DNA of 64,000 nucleotides from Lama guanicoe. Taxonomy: Eukaryota. A program made the position numbers and the translations under genes. Shown one piece after another: positions 23,574 through 36,900 of this stretch (its first letter is position 1; each line of letters begins with the position of its first letter). The DNA lies in NCBI GenBank assembly GCA_013239625.1, contig MU054338.1:5184724-5248723 (forward strand), given 5' to 3'. The notes under the pieces were generated by a model. The model saw only the letters and a program-made list of their open reading frames with translations. It was not told where the DNA came from and searched no databases.

Positions 23574-26500
23574 TCAGAGGACCTGCTCTGTGCTGGAGGC
23601 AGAGATGTCCAAGAGCCGCCAGGCTGCGTAGGGGTTGAGCTCGCCCTGGTCTCGGCAGAGTGCCCACACGTACAACATCCGCAGGACCTTGTCCTGCAGA
23701 ACCAGGAATTGGTGAGGGCTGGAGGCAGACAGTGGGCTCGGCACCCACACTGGGACGAGGGACTGTCGAGGGGCAGGGCAGATTCAGGACACTGGGGAGA
23801 TGCTGGGAGGGGCTGGAGATGAGGGGTGCTGGGTTATTGGCCCAAGTCTGGGGGGTCCCAAGCAGAGACTGTGACAGAGGCTGTAACTCAGGACTTGGTA
23901 AAACCAGACGGATCAGCTGCCTCTAACCTCCAGCAGGCCCACGTAGGGCCCTGGGACTTCTCAAGGCACTGCCCTGCCATCCCCACGCAGTCCCTGACTG
24001 AACCGCCATCAGGGCAAGGCAGCGCACCCAGCAGTTCCTGCCCATCCTCTCCCTCGCTCACTCACCGGGTCACCCTCAACCACCTCGCCCTTGGGGTTCT
24101 TTATCACCATCACCAGCTGGGCCTGGAAGGTGATGATCAGCACAGGTCCCTGCTCCATCATCTTGCCCATGGCCAGCTGCAGGGGGACCAAGAGGGCGAG
24201 CAGGCCTCAGAGGATAGTCCCAGGACCCTTCCCTGCTGCTCCCATCCAGGTGCGGACCCCCACTTCCCAGGACATGGCCAGGAGGAGCCCTCGGCACCTC
24301 GACATATCGGGCCAGCCCCCAGAAAGAGCCCGAGGACCTGCCTGAGCCCAAACCCCAGGGCTGCCCCTTCCCACTGGCCCACTTCCAGGTGGGCGCTTCC
24401 CAATTGTGAGCCGGAGTCTGAGCTGCTGACGACCCACGCAGGCTCCCCAGATTGAGGCTGTGTGGGCGCAGGGAGGCTTCACGGGGACGGCCTGTGTGCG
24501 CACAGTTCAGTCAGAGGGGAGTGGGCACCGGCCCACCTTCAGCCCTGCTCGGGGAGGAAATTGTGGCGGAGCAGACCCCTGGTGGCCTGAGCCTCCCTGA
24601 CAAAGCCGCCACCCTTCTCAGTTCAAGTTCAGGGGCAGCACTGCCTTCAGGGGCCTCGGGGAGCCCTAGGTCTGGGCAGCAGCACCCCCAGGGCCACCCC
24701 TTGCCTAAGAAGCCCCAATTGCAGAGCTATGGAAACCTCTCACTGAAAGGATCCTCCAGGTCATTTAATCCAAATGCTGCAGCTCTTTAGGGGACAGGGA
24801 GCTCACCCCTCCCTGCTGAACACCTTCCCCACCCCGGGGTCGACTGGGCCCCCGGGGAAAAGGCACTCACGTCGATGTTGTCAATGTCCAGGATGCGGGA
24901 GTGGAACTGGAGGCCCAGCGCCTTGGCCTGCTGGATCGGGTGGGCCAGCTGGCTGTAGGTCTGCAACAAGAAGCCAGATACCCCCACGTGGCCGGCCACC
25001 TGCATGCGCAAGCCACGCCAGGGCGCCACACCCCTCGGGGGCTGATGGCCGAGGACTAGGAAACTCCCTGCCGGTGGGCTCAACAGCACGGTTTCCATGC
25101 TTCCAGCCCACACACCTTCCAGAAACGGCCCCCAGCGCCTGGGTATGTTGCGCCAGGGGTGGCAGATGCCAGGAGCACAGGTCCAAGCAGGGAGGCTGGT
25201 GCCATCATCGCGCTAATGAAGGCGGTATTAGTCAGGGAGCTCGGTGATGCTCCTGGAATGCGACCTGAAACACACTCCCAGCGGGAAGTTGGGGCCTCTC
25301 TGGCTGCTCTTGGACATCCCCATGCTCACCTCACTGTGCGTCCTGGCCTGGAACCAAACGTTTTTTCTAGGATTCATCCTATCCCACGGCTGCCTGGGTC
25401 CAGCTCCTTCTCACCGACCTGCCCTGTGGGTGGCCGTCAGCCACAGGCACCCTGCTCTTCCTCTGGGGCGCAGGGGCCCCCCAAATGACACCCTCATCCC
25501 CTTGTGCCTGCTCCCAAGCCCCAGGCACAGCCCCGGAGACACATGCAGCCTCGTATCTCAACAAGCAACCACGATGGCAGACATCCCAAAGGCATCCACC
25601 TTTTATGGAAATAACTGATCCGAGTTTAAAAAAAAAAAAGGTGCCAATCCGACTTTGTGTGTGGTTTCTTGGAGATGACATTTTAAAAATACCCCCGTGT
25701 GAGTGGCTGCAACTTCATCTGCGTTTCCAGGGGCACCAGCAGCTCTCTGGCAAAGATAACCAGCACATCCTAATGGTCCCAAAGTTAAAAAAAAAGAAAG
25801 AAAGAAAGAAAAAAAAAAAACCACTCATAAATGCCTGCTGGATTAGTCACCGTGCAGGGGAGTATTTGAAAAGAAAATCTGACATCTCCTCTGTTTTTTC
25901 CAAGTTGTTTGTGAGCTGAGTACAGAATAGAATCAGCCAAGAGACTCTGGATTGCTCAACATAAAGAAGCCAGGGGTAAAAACCAAACCCCAAGAAGCGC
26001 AGGTCAGGGAGTAAGCAGGGTGAGGCGAAGTGCCTGAGAGACAGACGGGAGCCCCACTGTGACAAGACGGCTTCCAAGAACGGGCAGGGCGGACAGTGTG
26101 CTCTGAAGGATGCCTGACCCTCTGCCTCGCGGTCCAGGTCAGCCTGTGGCCTGGGACCCGGAGCCCCTCCTCTGGACACAGGCTTCTCCCCGGGTGGGAA
26201 TCTATCCATGTCTGTCTTGATCTGTGTTTCAGGTTCTCACAATGAGAACAGCTGATAAATCCGTCTGGCGCCGCGCATTCTGGAGCTGCTCCTGTGTCTG
26301 CACTGTACCCTCATGACTCTGACGATGCACCTCTGGCCCAGGGAAGGGAGGTGACGCAGGCCCGGGGCCTCACACCCTGCTTGCTGTCCAGCACCCGCAA
26401 CCCCTGAGCACCAGGGGAGTATCCAATGTGCCCCAGAGCTAGCCGCTGTCCCGTTCCACCACGCCCTCGCCCTGGCCTGCAGCCACCCCCACCCCAGGGC

Positions 26501-29500
26501 CCCCCACCCTGGCGGGCCCTTCCCAGGATGAGCCGCCTGAGCAGATCCTCTCCAAACTGTGATTTCTTTTTAGGACTAAATAGAAAAAAGAACGAAAGAA
26601 AGAAAAAAGCGAGCAAACACTCACTGCTTCATAGCACCAGTCTTTGAGAATGTCAAGCTCTCCAGAAATCATGGCCTAAAAAGGGAAGGAAAAAAGAAGC
26701 GTGAGAATGAGTGGGCTTCTGAGGCAGGAAAGCTCTGGAGAATGTTCTCCAGTGAGCACCTTTCCTCTGCAGACCCCCACCCCGAGGGTCTCAGTCGGGG
26801 GAGATCGGGTCAGGCTGCAGGAGAAGCGGAGCTCCTGCATGTGCGCAGGGAGCCTGAGCCTTTCTCAGGACAACAGGGCAGACTGGGGTGGGTCCCGAGG
26901 GCTTGGTGGAAGAAGAGAAGGGGACACTGTTTTGGGCTCTCACCCTGGCTAGGAAACTGAGCCAAGGAGGACAGGAATGGCCTCCTGCCTCCCCCTGGAG
27001 ACGAAGCTTTGGGCCGTCAGGCCCCGTGCCCAGGTGGGGCAGAGGGGAAGTGGGGGGAGGATTCCCGGGGTGCGATGAGGGAAGCTTCCACAGGAAGGAC
27101 CACGCGGAGGCAGCCCAGGAGGAGGGAACAGGCATCCACCCGGGACTGGATGGGCTGCCTGCGGGCATTCCGAAGGCCTCTGGCTTGGCTCAGTGCAGGA
27201 TGCCCAGGCTCCAGCCAGGGCTGGGGGCCAGAGACGGGCAGAGAGGAGGCAGGGAAAGAGCAGCCGACCGCGGGCAGGGGCCTCATGAGGGTGACCTTGA
27301 GCAAGCCACCCCCTCCTCGCTTATGAGCCAAAAGGAAAGGCAAGAGGACGAGAAGATAGGATTCAGGACCCCACAGAGGGAAAGCCCCCTGGGCTGCTGT
27401 GGTGGTCCTGCCTTCCTGCCCTGAGGGGCTTCCCCAAGGCCCTCAGGCTCCCCAAGGGGCAGCAGCCAGCTTCCCCCACCCCTGAAAAGTCCCCGAAACA
27501 CAAACACCTGGTCCCTCACAACTACTTTAGGAAGAGGGCTCCGCGGAGAGCCAGGAGCTCCTGGCTCCAGTGCGTGTGAGGGACTCAGTCCCTGGGGGGG
27601 GCACACCCTGTGGACGGGGAAGAGTGGTCAGAACTGCAGCCTGGGGACCTGCGGGGCCACAGATGTCCTCCTTCTCAGAGCTGCTTGTCCGACAATGGCC
27701 GGGCGTGGGGTGGTCAGGCCTCTCAAGATCAGAGCAAAGACTGCTTCCATAGCCAAGTGCCCCTGGAACTTCCCACTGGGCCCCAGCACCAGCCATGCGC
27801 ACACACGAGGTGGGGGGTTGGGGCAGGCCCACGGGGCTTGGCGCCCAGCACCCACCTCCAGGACGTTTGGGATGATGTCATTCTCACACTGCTGCAGGAA
27901 GCGCTCCTTGTCAAAGGCGGGGTCCACCCGCAGGATCTCCGTGAGCACCTCCGACATCTCCGTCTTCGAGAACAGGCCCCCTGGGTGCAACCAAGTCAGG
28001 GGTGGGGTGAGGGCTGGGGACCCCTCCCTGCTGCCGGCCTGGGTGTGGGGACAGTCCTGGGGCAGCCCACTCACCCAGCAAGTCTGTGACCTTGTCCGTC
28101 AGCACGCGGGACGCCCGGATGAAAGCGTTGTCACTTTCGTCATACTTCATCTTCATCTCGAAGAACCCTGCAGGGGGCAGGGTCAGGAGTCAGGGGCTCC
28201 TTCCAGAAGGACATGCCCACGCCATCGTGGGCCCCCATGCAGATCAGGAAAATGGGGGGACACCTCTGAGCCTGCTTCCTCATCAGAGGCCCACTGCACA
28301 TCTGGGAGGCTGCCCCACGACCATGCTGGCTCCAGCAGAGACAGTGAACAGCCCTGATGGCAGTGCCCCACTACCCCCATCAGCCAAGAAGTACTGGGTG
28401 TGTCCCTCAGGCTGCCTGGGGCCAACACTCTGCTACCCACTCACGGGGTGACTCTGTGGGAAGTGATCAGTCCTTTCTGACCCTGGTTTCCTCCTCTGTG
28501 AAAGGGGGGTCTGTCTTGTGCCCAGCACTCGGGGAGCACCCAATGCACGCCCACCGTCACCACCCTGCCATCACCCAGCTATGAGACGTGCACACTCACG
28601 GTTAAACACCACATTGTTGTCCCTGAAGTCCTTCCACTGCTGGTACCACTTGGAGTCCTTGTGCAGCACGACCCCCAGGGCCTCCCTGGGAAGGGCGGGG
28701 AGGCCGCTGAGCAGCAGCCGGGAGCCGCTGTTCCAAGCCCCATGCCCTCCGGCCCTCCGGCTCTTCCACGGCCCCAGGGAAGGGGGCGGCCAGATGGCGG
28801 TGTGATGACTTGTCCTCACCGCCTGGCCTCTGGCCTTCTCTACCCCATCAACCCTCTCAATTCTCTCAAAGGAGGCAGAGAATCTCAAGTGGAAAGCAAC
28901 TCTACAAATTGACTTGGGAGGAACCTTTTGTGGGTCCTCGAAAAGGGACAACAGTGCAGGTGCTGAGAAGGGAGGTGAGAGGGGTGGGCCCCTCAGCCAG
29001 TCTGGTACCTACTCATTGGCCTCAAACACTTTTTCTTCCTTGAGTTTCTCTCCGGCAAACTCTTTCCTTTTCCTGAGCCGCTCAGGCCGCCGGTAGGGCC
29101 CCATCTGCCCCAGGACGCTCTCATCAATCTCCTTCTTTACCGACTCCACACCCTGCAGAACACAGCCATGCCATGGGGACGCTTGGGGGCCTCCCTGACA
29201 CCCCAGACCAGCAGCGCTGGCCTGTCATGCCTGATCAACCCCACCCCCAGGCTTGAAGCCTCAGGGGAGGCATACTGCTGAGGGGAGGCCCCAGCTCTGC
29301 CTGACTCCTGACCCCGCCTCCTCCAACAGCATCTGATGCCTCCTGCTGCCCCAGATGAACTTCAGATTCTGAGCCTGATTCCTCACCCTCCCTGGAAACA
29401 TCCTTTCATGGGGACTAGAGGCCAGAGGGGCATCCTGAGATCCGCCTCTGCCCCACTGCCCCCAACCAAGCTGACCCAAAGCCTGCGGATTCTACCTCCC

Positions 29501-32500
29501 TGAACCTCTGGAACCCATTTTCCTCTTGCCCCCACCACCCAAGACCCTTCTCCACCTCTGAGCTGCTGCCAGAGTCCTCGCCAGGCACCGGATGGCTCTG
29601 CTTTCAGGATGAAACCCAAACTTCCATGCGTGACCCTCAGGCCTCGCACCAGCCACGCCAAGCTGCGTGGGGTGCCCCGAGCTGGCAGGGCCTGCTCCCT
29701 CAGCCTGGCTGGCACTGAGGCGTCCCTGTCTCGCGTCGCTCAGGAACTGCCTGTCCCCTTCCCTGTCCCCAGGCCCTCTGAGAGCAGTAGCTTGGACTTT
29801 CTCTCCTGTGGCCCCAGGGCCAGTAGAGAGCCTAGCACGTGGGAGGCTCCAACGAGTATTGACAGCGTAAGCTCAGGACCTGGAGTAATCGTGAGCCAGT
29901 CAGTCTCCGGGTCATGAGCACAAGCTAAAGGGGTTTGTTAGGCTGACAGCAGGCCCGGGTTCTTGGTGCCTTAACCTGTAGCTCCTCAGGGCCTGTGACT
30001 TGCCCAAGGCCACCCAGCCAGGAGGGGCCGAGGACGGGTATACTGTGTACCACCTGGTGAGGCCTCTCTAGGGCTGAGCTCAGAGACAGGGACTCTGGCT
30101 CTCAGGTTTGGAGCAGGTCAGGGCCAAGGGCTCCCTCGGACACCTGGGAGCTCACCTGGGAGAGGGCTTTGAAGGCAGCCGTCCTGCCAAGCTTCTCCCC
30201 TCCTTTGGACACGGATTCAGCAGACTGCTTGGCGGTCTTGGCTGCTCCCTCCACACCCTCCTTGATTTTCCGGCCAAGGTCACTTTTACTGACTTCATCA
30301 AGACTCTACTGAGACAGAGACGGGTGCGGCGTCAGCGGGCCTGCCGGAGCTCCCGGGGCTAAGAGCGGCCCAGCCCTCCAGAGCTCATGTGGCTCCAGAC
30401 CTGGGCGCACATGTTCGAGAACCCTGTGTGCAATCTCTGGGGCGCTAGGCCCTGGGGTTCAGGGCTAGAACAGGCAGGAGCCCAGAGCCCTCCAATGCTG
30501 GCATGGAAGCAGCAACCCCAGCTAAGGAAGAAGGCAAGGAGGGTGTGCCTGAGGCTGGGCTGGCCTTGAAGTTTAGGGCCCTACCCCTCTTCAGCCCCCA
30601 GAACAGAAAAGCAACAAAACTCAAGTCCCCCTTCCCCTGAAGGAGCCCACCCTCACCCCCACCCCCACCCGGGGGCAAGGCACCTCTCCACTTCTATCTT
30701 AAGGCAGGAAGAAAAACATCCTCATTTCATCCTCCTGCTAGGCTTCAGCTTCTCCGGAAGCCTCCCGACCAGGCTGGCTCCTCCCTGCTCACCACCTACA
30801 CCCACTCATCCTTGGCTGCCAAGTCGCAGCCCTGCCGGGGTGCCCGCACCTCCTGCCGCTCCAGGCAATGTCCCCACCTGCTGCCGCCACCGGGAGGTGA
30901 GGAACAGCTGGGCCCTGAGAGCCTTGGCCAAGAGGCTGTGGGGCCCAGAGACCATTACCTCCTTCACGGTGCCTGTGATCTCCCCCAGCTTCTTCCGGAT
31001 CACTTCGCCCGTCCGCATGGTCTCGGATTCAATGGTTCTCTATGTAAAGGATGTTGCAGATTTTCGTGGCAGTACAGCAGTAACAGGACAGCCCAGGGTC
31101 CAAAGAAGCATTTTCTCAGCAGCCCCTTCCTCCCCAGACACCCCTCACCTCCCATGTCCCCCCCTCGCCTACCCACCCGGTCCCTCCCTCTCCCCAGGGG
31201 CTCAGGCTGCCCCCTAGCCTGGTGTGTGGGTCCCAGCAGTGGGTCCCAGCAGCAGAGGGCTGAGACAGGCCCCTCCTGAGCAGAGCCCCAGGCTCCACGT
31301 CTCTCTCCGGGGGGCAAGGGCTGATCTTGCCCATTCGCTCATCTGTAGTGGCGGGGTGTGCTGTTCTCAGCATTACCCTGCCCCGCCCTACCCCATCCCA
31401 GCCACCCTGCCCCAACCTCAGCCTGCTCTGCCCCCAGACGACCTCTCAGTCTGCTCCTCATACTGAATGAAAAGGAGGGGCCATCTCCCATCGGGCCAAA
31501 TCCCCCACTGGCGGGACCCACATAGGTAGTCACATCCAGGTGAGAGACTTGGGGACACTCAGAGGGAAGAGGCCTCGCCCACAGCCTGGAGATGGGGGGC
31601 AACAGAACAAAACCCAAGGGGCTTGGGGCAAGTGCCTACACCCCCAGGCTCAGCCACCGTGGGCGAGATGGGGGTGGTGTACTGCCTGGCAGAGCCCTTA
31701 CGGGGCACCAGGCCCCCTCGCTGGCAGGCGCCCAGCAATGCTCTGGGTGAGGTGGCAGTGTGATTAACGATACCAGCACCGAACCCACCTTCTACCCACT
31801 TTGCTCAAGGGCCACGACGGGAAGGCTCTCAGGAGCAGCACATCTCAAACTTGGTGCAAGAGGGGCCACCTGGGGGACCCGTGCAGCTGCAGAGTCTGAC
31901 CCAGCAGGTCCAGAGGACTCTGAATCCCTGTCAGCGCTGCTGGTCTGCAGAGAACACTGCAGTCTCTTCGCAGACCTGGAAGGCTGGGCGGCCGGCTCCT
32001 GTCCCCTCGCTCCCCATCATCAGTGACCAAGCCTCCCCAGCTGCCCTGGCCCTGCACTTAGAGGGAATCCCTGGTCCTGGGAGGGAGCCTGCGGCCGAGG
32101 GAGACACAAAGCAAAAGGACTCACGTATTTCCTCCTGGCTTCTTGGAGCGCATCTGACTCCTCCAACTTCCTGGCTTCATCTCGGAACTTTTTTATACTT
32201 TCTTTCATTTCTTTGTTTTTAGCTAATTCTTGTTTTATATTATCTAGCAAGCCAGAGAGAAAGCCTTTCCTGTTTCCAGAAGAATAGGATTTGGACTAGA
32301 AAAAAAGTGTAAAAGAAACAAAGGCTTTTTAATTTTCTCTTTTCTGTTGAAACAAGTTTAAAAGAAACAGCTATCTCTTTTAGAAGATAAAAGATAAATT
32401 TTAAAAAACCACCAGGTGATAAATTGTAGGACATCTAAATGAGAAGTTATTCAGCAATAAAAAGAAATGGGGGTGGGGGTGGGGAAAAGCTCAGTGGTAG

Positions 32501-35500
32501 AGTGTGTGCTTAGCATGCATGAGGTCCTGGGTTCAACCCCCAGTGCCTCCACTAACAAAAAGAAAAAAGAAAGTTACCAAAGCCGTGAAAAGATATGAAC
32601 GATTCACATAATGTTATAGTTCAATTACATCTCAATTTTACATGCATATCACTAAATGAGAAGCCAGTCTGCAAAGGCTCCGGACTATATGATTCCAACT
32701 CTTAAGATCCTGGGAAAGGTCAGTGCTTGCCAGGGGCTGGAGCTGGGGCAGGGGGAGGGAGGACAAACAAGCCAGGCTTTAGGGCAGGGAACACACTCTG
32801 TGTGATTCTGTCATGGGAGACACATTTCATCAGACATTGTTTCCATCCCATAAAATGTACAACAGCCAGTGAACCCGAATGCCAGTGACAGACCTCAGGT
32901 GACAGACCTCAGTCACGTGTCAATATTGGCTTGTCAGTTGTAACAAAAGTACCGCCCTAACTGCAAGATGCCCATCCTGGGGAGAAGTGTGCCAGGTGGG
33001 AGAAGAGGAGCAGAGGGAGTTGACGGGCACTCCCTGTACTTACCATTCCAAAAACAAACAGATAAAATCTATTAAAAACAAGACAAAAATGCCAGGCTCC
33101 TTCTGCAACAGGGGAAAGGCTGGGCGAGGAACAGGCAAGCTTGGAATCCTCACAGGGATTCAAACATGCTGGGCCAAGGCCAAGGTCAACACCCAAAAGG
33201 ACCCTCGTCCCAGGACTAGAGTCAAAAGAGCTCTGTGGTCCCTCATCCCAAAGAAGCGGGTACAGGCCCTACTCCCTGGACTCCTGGGGCCACTCTCAAG
33301 TCCCCAGCTATGATTTACATGTCACCCAAGGGCCTAGGGACTGGCACAAACCTCCTTCTCTCAGCCCACATGATCAGAGTCGCCGAGAACCCAAGCTCAA
33401 GGTATGCCCCATCCCCTAGAGGAAGACCCAACCCAACACCCCCAGAGGCCAGACCCCAGGAGGCCGTGTTCCAGGCACAGGAGCCGGTGTTATATGCTGT
33501 CCTGCTTGAGACACAAGCTTCAGGGTCAGACAGAACCAGGTTTACATCCCTGCTTCACCACCTGTATAACTAAGAGCAGGCTCGGAAGAGAGAAAGCTTA
33601 AAGAATGGCGGTGAGAGGGTCAAGTTGTGGGAAAGCGGCCGCACATGCTGGGCTGCTCCTACCACTTCCAGGGGGGTGCTGGGGGCGCGGCACCAGCCTC
33701 AGGGGCACCTGCCTCCCTGGTGCCCTCCAGCCCCAGGGAAGGCCACAGCAAGTCCGGGCACCGCTCCACAGGTGGGGTGGCCAGGCCTGGCGCTGGCGGG
33801 CCGCCGTCTGGTCTAGATGCGCCCCTGCCAGCCTTCCTCCTGGGAAATCGGAGTTCTAAGACTGTCAGGGACTGCACCAGCTCGCAGCAGCCCAATGGCT
33901 CACTCCCAGGGCTGCAAACTGTGGGTGGGGGGTGGAGGCGGGGCTGAACAGCTTCACCCAGAAGCGCCGAAGGGCATGTCTGATGCCCACAACAGCCCCT
34001 GTGAGGCAGGTAACCTGGAGGGAAGAGGGGAGGGTGGGGGCTGCCCAAGCATGCGGATTGGAGACAGCGTCAGGCTTTGGGCTTTCTTCCCTTGTGCTGG
34101 TGAGGCACCACCAGAAACGTGGTTGAAGAGGAGTGACAAGGAGGGCAAAAGCTCTAGAAATATTATCTGGGAGGAACAACATAAAGAGTAAGGGCAGACA
34201 TAGCCTGGGGAAACCCAGCTTCAGGAGACGATGGGTGACTCTGCTCGAAAGCTTAGGGGGCTGTCACCCAGAAGAGGGCACAGCTTTGCGTGGCGGAGGA
34301 CCTGCACGGGGAAGCCAGCGGGAGGCGGATTTCAGCTCAGAAGGAGGATGCTTTTCTCGCCATCAGAGCTGAGATGGCACACCACTCCGTGTGGCAGAAG
34401 CCCAACCCTTAACAGGGTCAAGCAGTTCCCGGGACACCAAAAGGACCAGGCACACAGGGCTCTCTAACTCCGAAGGCCTTGGATATGGTATGCCTGTCAA
34501 TCAGACGCCCCTGGTAGTGCGGGCAGCATTCTGCAGCCCCCTCTCCTGTCAGCTAGGTCTGTTTCCACATCCCCCTTCCTGTCCACTTGCTCATGTCCTG
34601 AGTCACTCACCAGGAGCAGCTCTTCACCCGGCCGGCGCATCTGATAGGTACCATGGGGGAACGGCACTAGGTTGTGGCTGGTCAGGAAATGAACTCCACT
34701 GCTGAGGCATCTCTAATATAGAAAGAAAAGAGAAAGATCCATTCCAATCAGAGGGTGACAAGGAGGTAAGCAGGGCACACAGAAAAGCAGGGATCATCTG
34801 AGACTCATCTGACGATTTTTATCACCTGCCTAACGCATGATAGACACTCTACGATCTTCACAAATTCTGAGAAGCCAGTGGAAAGAGAAGACACTGGATC
34901 TGCATCTCCAGGGCCCCTATCTACCCTTCTGCCTCTGAACCTGGTAGAAACCACATGGGTCCCAGGAAATGCCAACCTATGGTGGAAGAAGTCTAAATGC
35001 ACCAGGCTGATTAATGCCACTCGTCTGAAAATGGGCATGCTGAACCTCAATGCTGGTGGCAAGCAGTCTTCTCTCACCAGGCCACCCTACTTTTGCCAGT
35101 CTTGGAAGACCAGAGACCTGGGCTTCCAGAGGTAAACATTGATAACTTATTGTCCCAGCACAAAGCTGGAACAAATCTCCCACGTCCCAGAACAAGCAGG
35201 GCAACAAGGGGAGTCACTTGGGCAAAGATGCTGCTGACCTCACATGAAAGCCATTTCCTCTACCTAACAATGAACTGAAGCTCCATGCAGGTCCTGTTCA
35301 ACGCTGCACCCAAGCACCCAGCAAGTGACCAGAGGCACTGATGTTAATGACGTGAAAGAACCACTCTTCCATTTCCATATTCCCTGGACCTTTCCTCTCC
35401 CTGTTCCTTGCTTCCTGTCTACAGAACTCTAAGCAACATCCCACACGTACATATGGATGCCTCGACTCCTATGGCTACTCAAAAGAGTAACTAATGCCTA

Positions 35501-36463
35501 CACCCATTGACCCTGGAGCCACTGACTTCAGCAACAGTCTGAAATACAAGTGGATGACTGTCTAACTTGGAAGAAGAATCCCAGAGCAGGACCAAACCTA
35601 AGGTTGGTTCCCTTTCAGTCTCTTGCCGAAATCCAAACACGTGTAAGTTCAACCTCTAAACCTGCCTCAAAAGTCAAGTAGTCCGGGGGGGAAAAAATCA
35701 GTCCTGGGTCAAAAAACACCTTCTTTCTCCTGACACTCAGATTCCTATGAGCTATTTTCCTTCCTCCAGAGTCAGGCTCTGGAACCAAACTGAGCTTTGG
35801 ACCAAGTCAGCCGCCCCACTAGCTCTGAAACTGTGAGGAGTTTGCTAAATACTTTTGAGTCCCCAGTTTCCTAACCTTCTGAAATAGCGACAAGCAGCAG
35901 AAACCAGAGTACTGTTTTCCGAAAGCGCTGTACACGCCTTGACACCTACCGCAACTGTGAGCCCAGGGTCTTAGCCAGGACAACTACCTTCCACACTTAC
36001 ACTCAGAGTACTAGGAGAGGCGATACAGGAAATGCTCCAGGTAAAGGGCCTGGCATATAAAGGTGAGCAAGGATTGTCACGGTTTTTTGCCTTCTCCTCG
36101 CCACTTTCTCCACTGAGAGCCACGACCACCATTCCCTCCTCGGTGCACGTGGGGTCCGCCAGGAAGTGAGGGGCCATCCGCTCCCTGCCCGGCTCGGTGC
36201 ATTGCCTCTCCCGGTCCGGCACGCTCGGCCCTCGCCCTCGGGCCTCGCTCCAGGGCCCCCGCCCCGCCCTCGGCTGACACAGGGACCCAACCCCGAGCCT
36301 CTCGAGGAGCCCAGAGAAGGGCCGAGGGGACCAAATGCCTGGGGAAAACGAGGCCCTGGAGGTCACGTGCCCGGAGCTCCCTAGTCCCGCCCCCTGGCCC
36401 CACAGGTCTGCTTACCCGCGGGCAGCGGCACCAGCCTCCCCGCAGCGCCGCCGCCGCCGCCAT
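23574..36463 (-). CDS. TIMM44: Mitochondrial import inner membrane translocase subunit TIM44, 455 aa
   Basis: 13 exons (minus): 36463-36416, 34712-34611, 32295-32125, 31039-30959, 30305-30156, 29152-29013, 28685-28600, 28167-28075, 27980-27856, 26675-26625, 24960-24871, 24176-24066, 23693-23574 (1368 nt in frame). Presequence MAAAAALRGGWCRCPR, end ...AAWRLLDISASSTEQVL*. Confidence 0.97.
32400..33090 (+). mobile_element. Old L1M (L1MB/MC-like) 3' fragment
   Basis: L1M 3' motifs 'ctaaatgagaagccagtctgcaaaggct...tatatgattccaact' and 'catcccataaaatgtacaaca'. Confidence 0.6.
32469..32573 (+). mobile_element. tRNA-derived SINE (camelid Vic-1-like), nested in an old L1
   Basis: 'agctcagtggtagag...cttagcatgcatgaggtcctgggttcaaccccc' (A and B boxes) plus A-rich tail. 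Confidence 0.8.
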
Positions 36464-36900
36464 GCTGGAGGATCCCGTGTGACCTTCTCACGGCGCGATC
36501 CGATGGCGTCAGCCGCCGCGTCTGCCTGGTGCGACCTGGACCTGGGAAAAGCGGTAACTGAGGGCGGTGTTTGTGAGAGGGACAGGCCTATCATAGGACA
36601 GGGCTCCCAAGGCGGGACGGGGCCGTGGAGGGGGGCCCACGGTGGAGGCGTGGCCTGACAGGGGGCGGGGAATTCCTAGAGAGCTAGGCCCCCGATAGGG
36701 CAGAATTTCGGAAGAGCGAGGCCTGTGACTGGATGTGACGTGAGGGGCGAGCACTCCTGTGAGACAGAGACTTATGGTTGGATAAGACAGCGAAGAGGCG
36801 GAGCCTGAGGGCATGGATTCTGTCACGAGCTGCGAATCCCCGACAGACCATGCTGGGTTCGCGTGGCTGGAGGAATAGGTGAGCAGAGCCACCCACCACA
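36100..36900. promoter_or_regulatory. TIMM44 CpG-island promoter, probably bidirectional
   Basis: CpG-rich. YY1-like GATGGCG ~36502, GC boxes, ETS CGGAAG ~36709, CRE-like TGACGTGA ~36737. Confidence 0.75.

Noticed and set aside
32480..32550. tRNA gene
   Set aside because: Has A/B boxes, but an A-rich tail, degenerate stems and several diverged copies mark it as a SINE.
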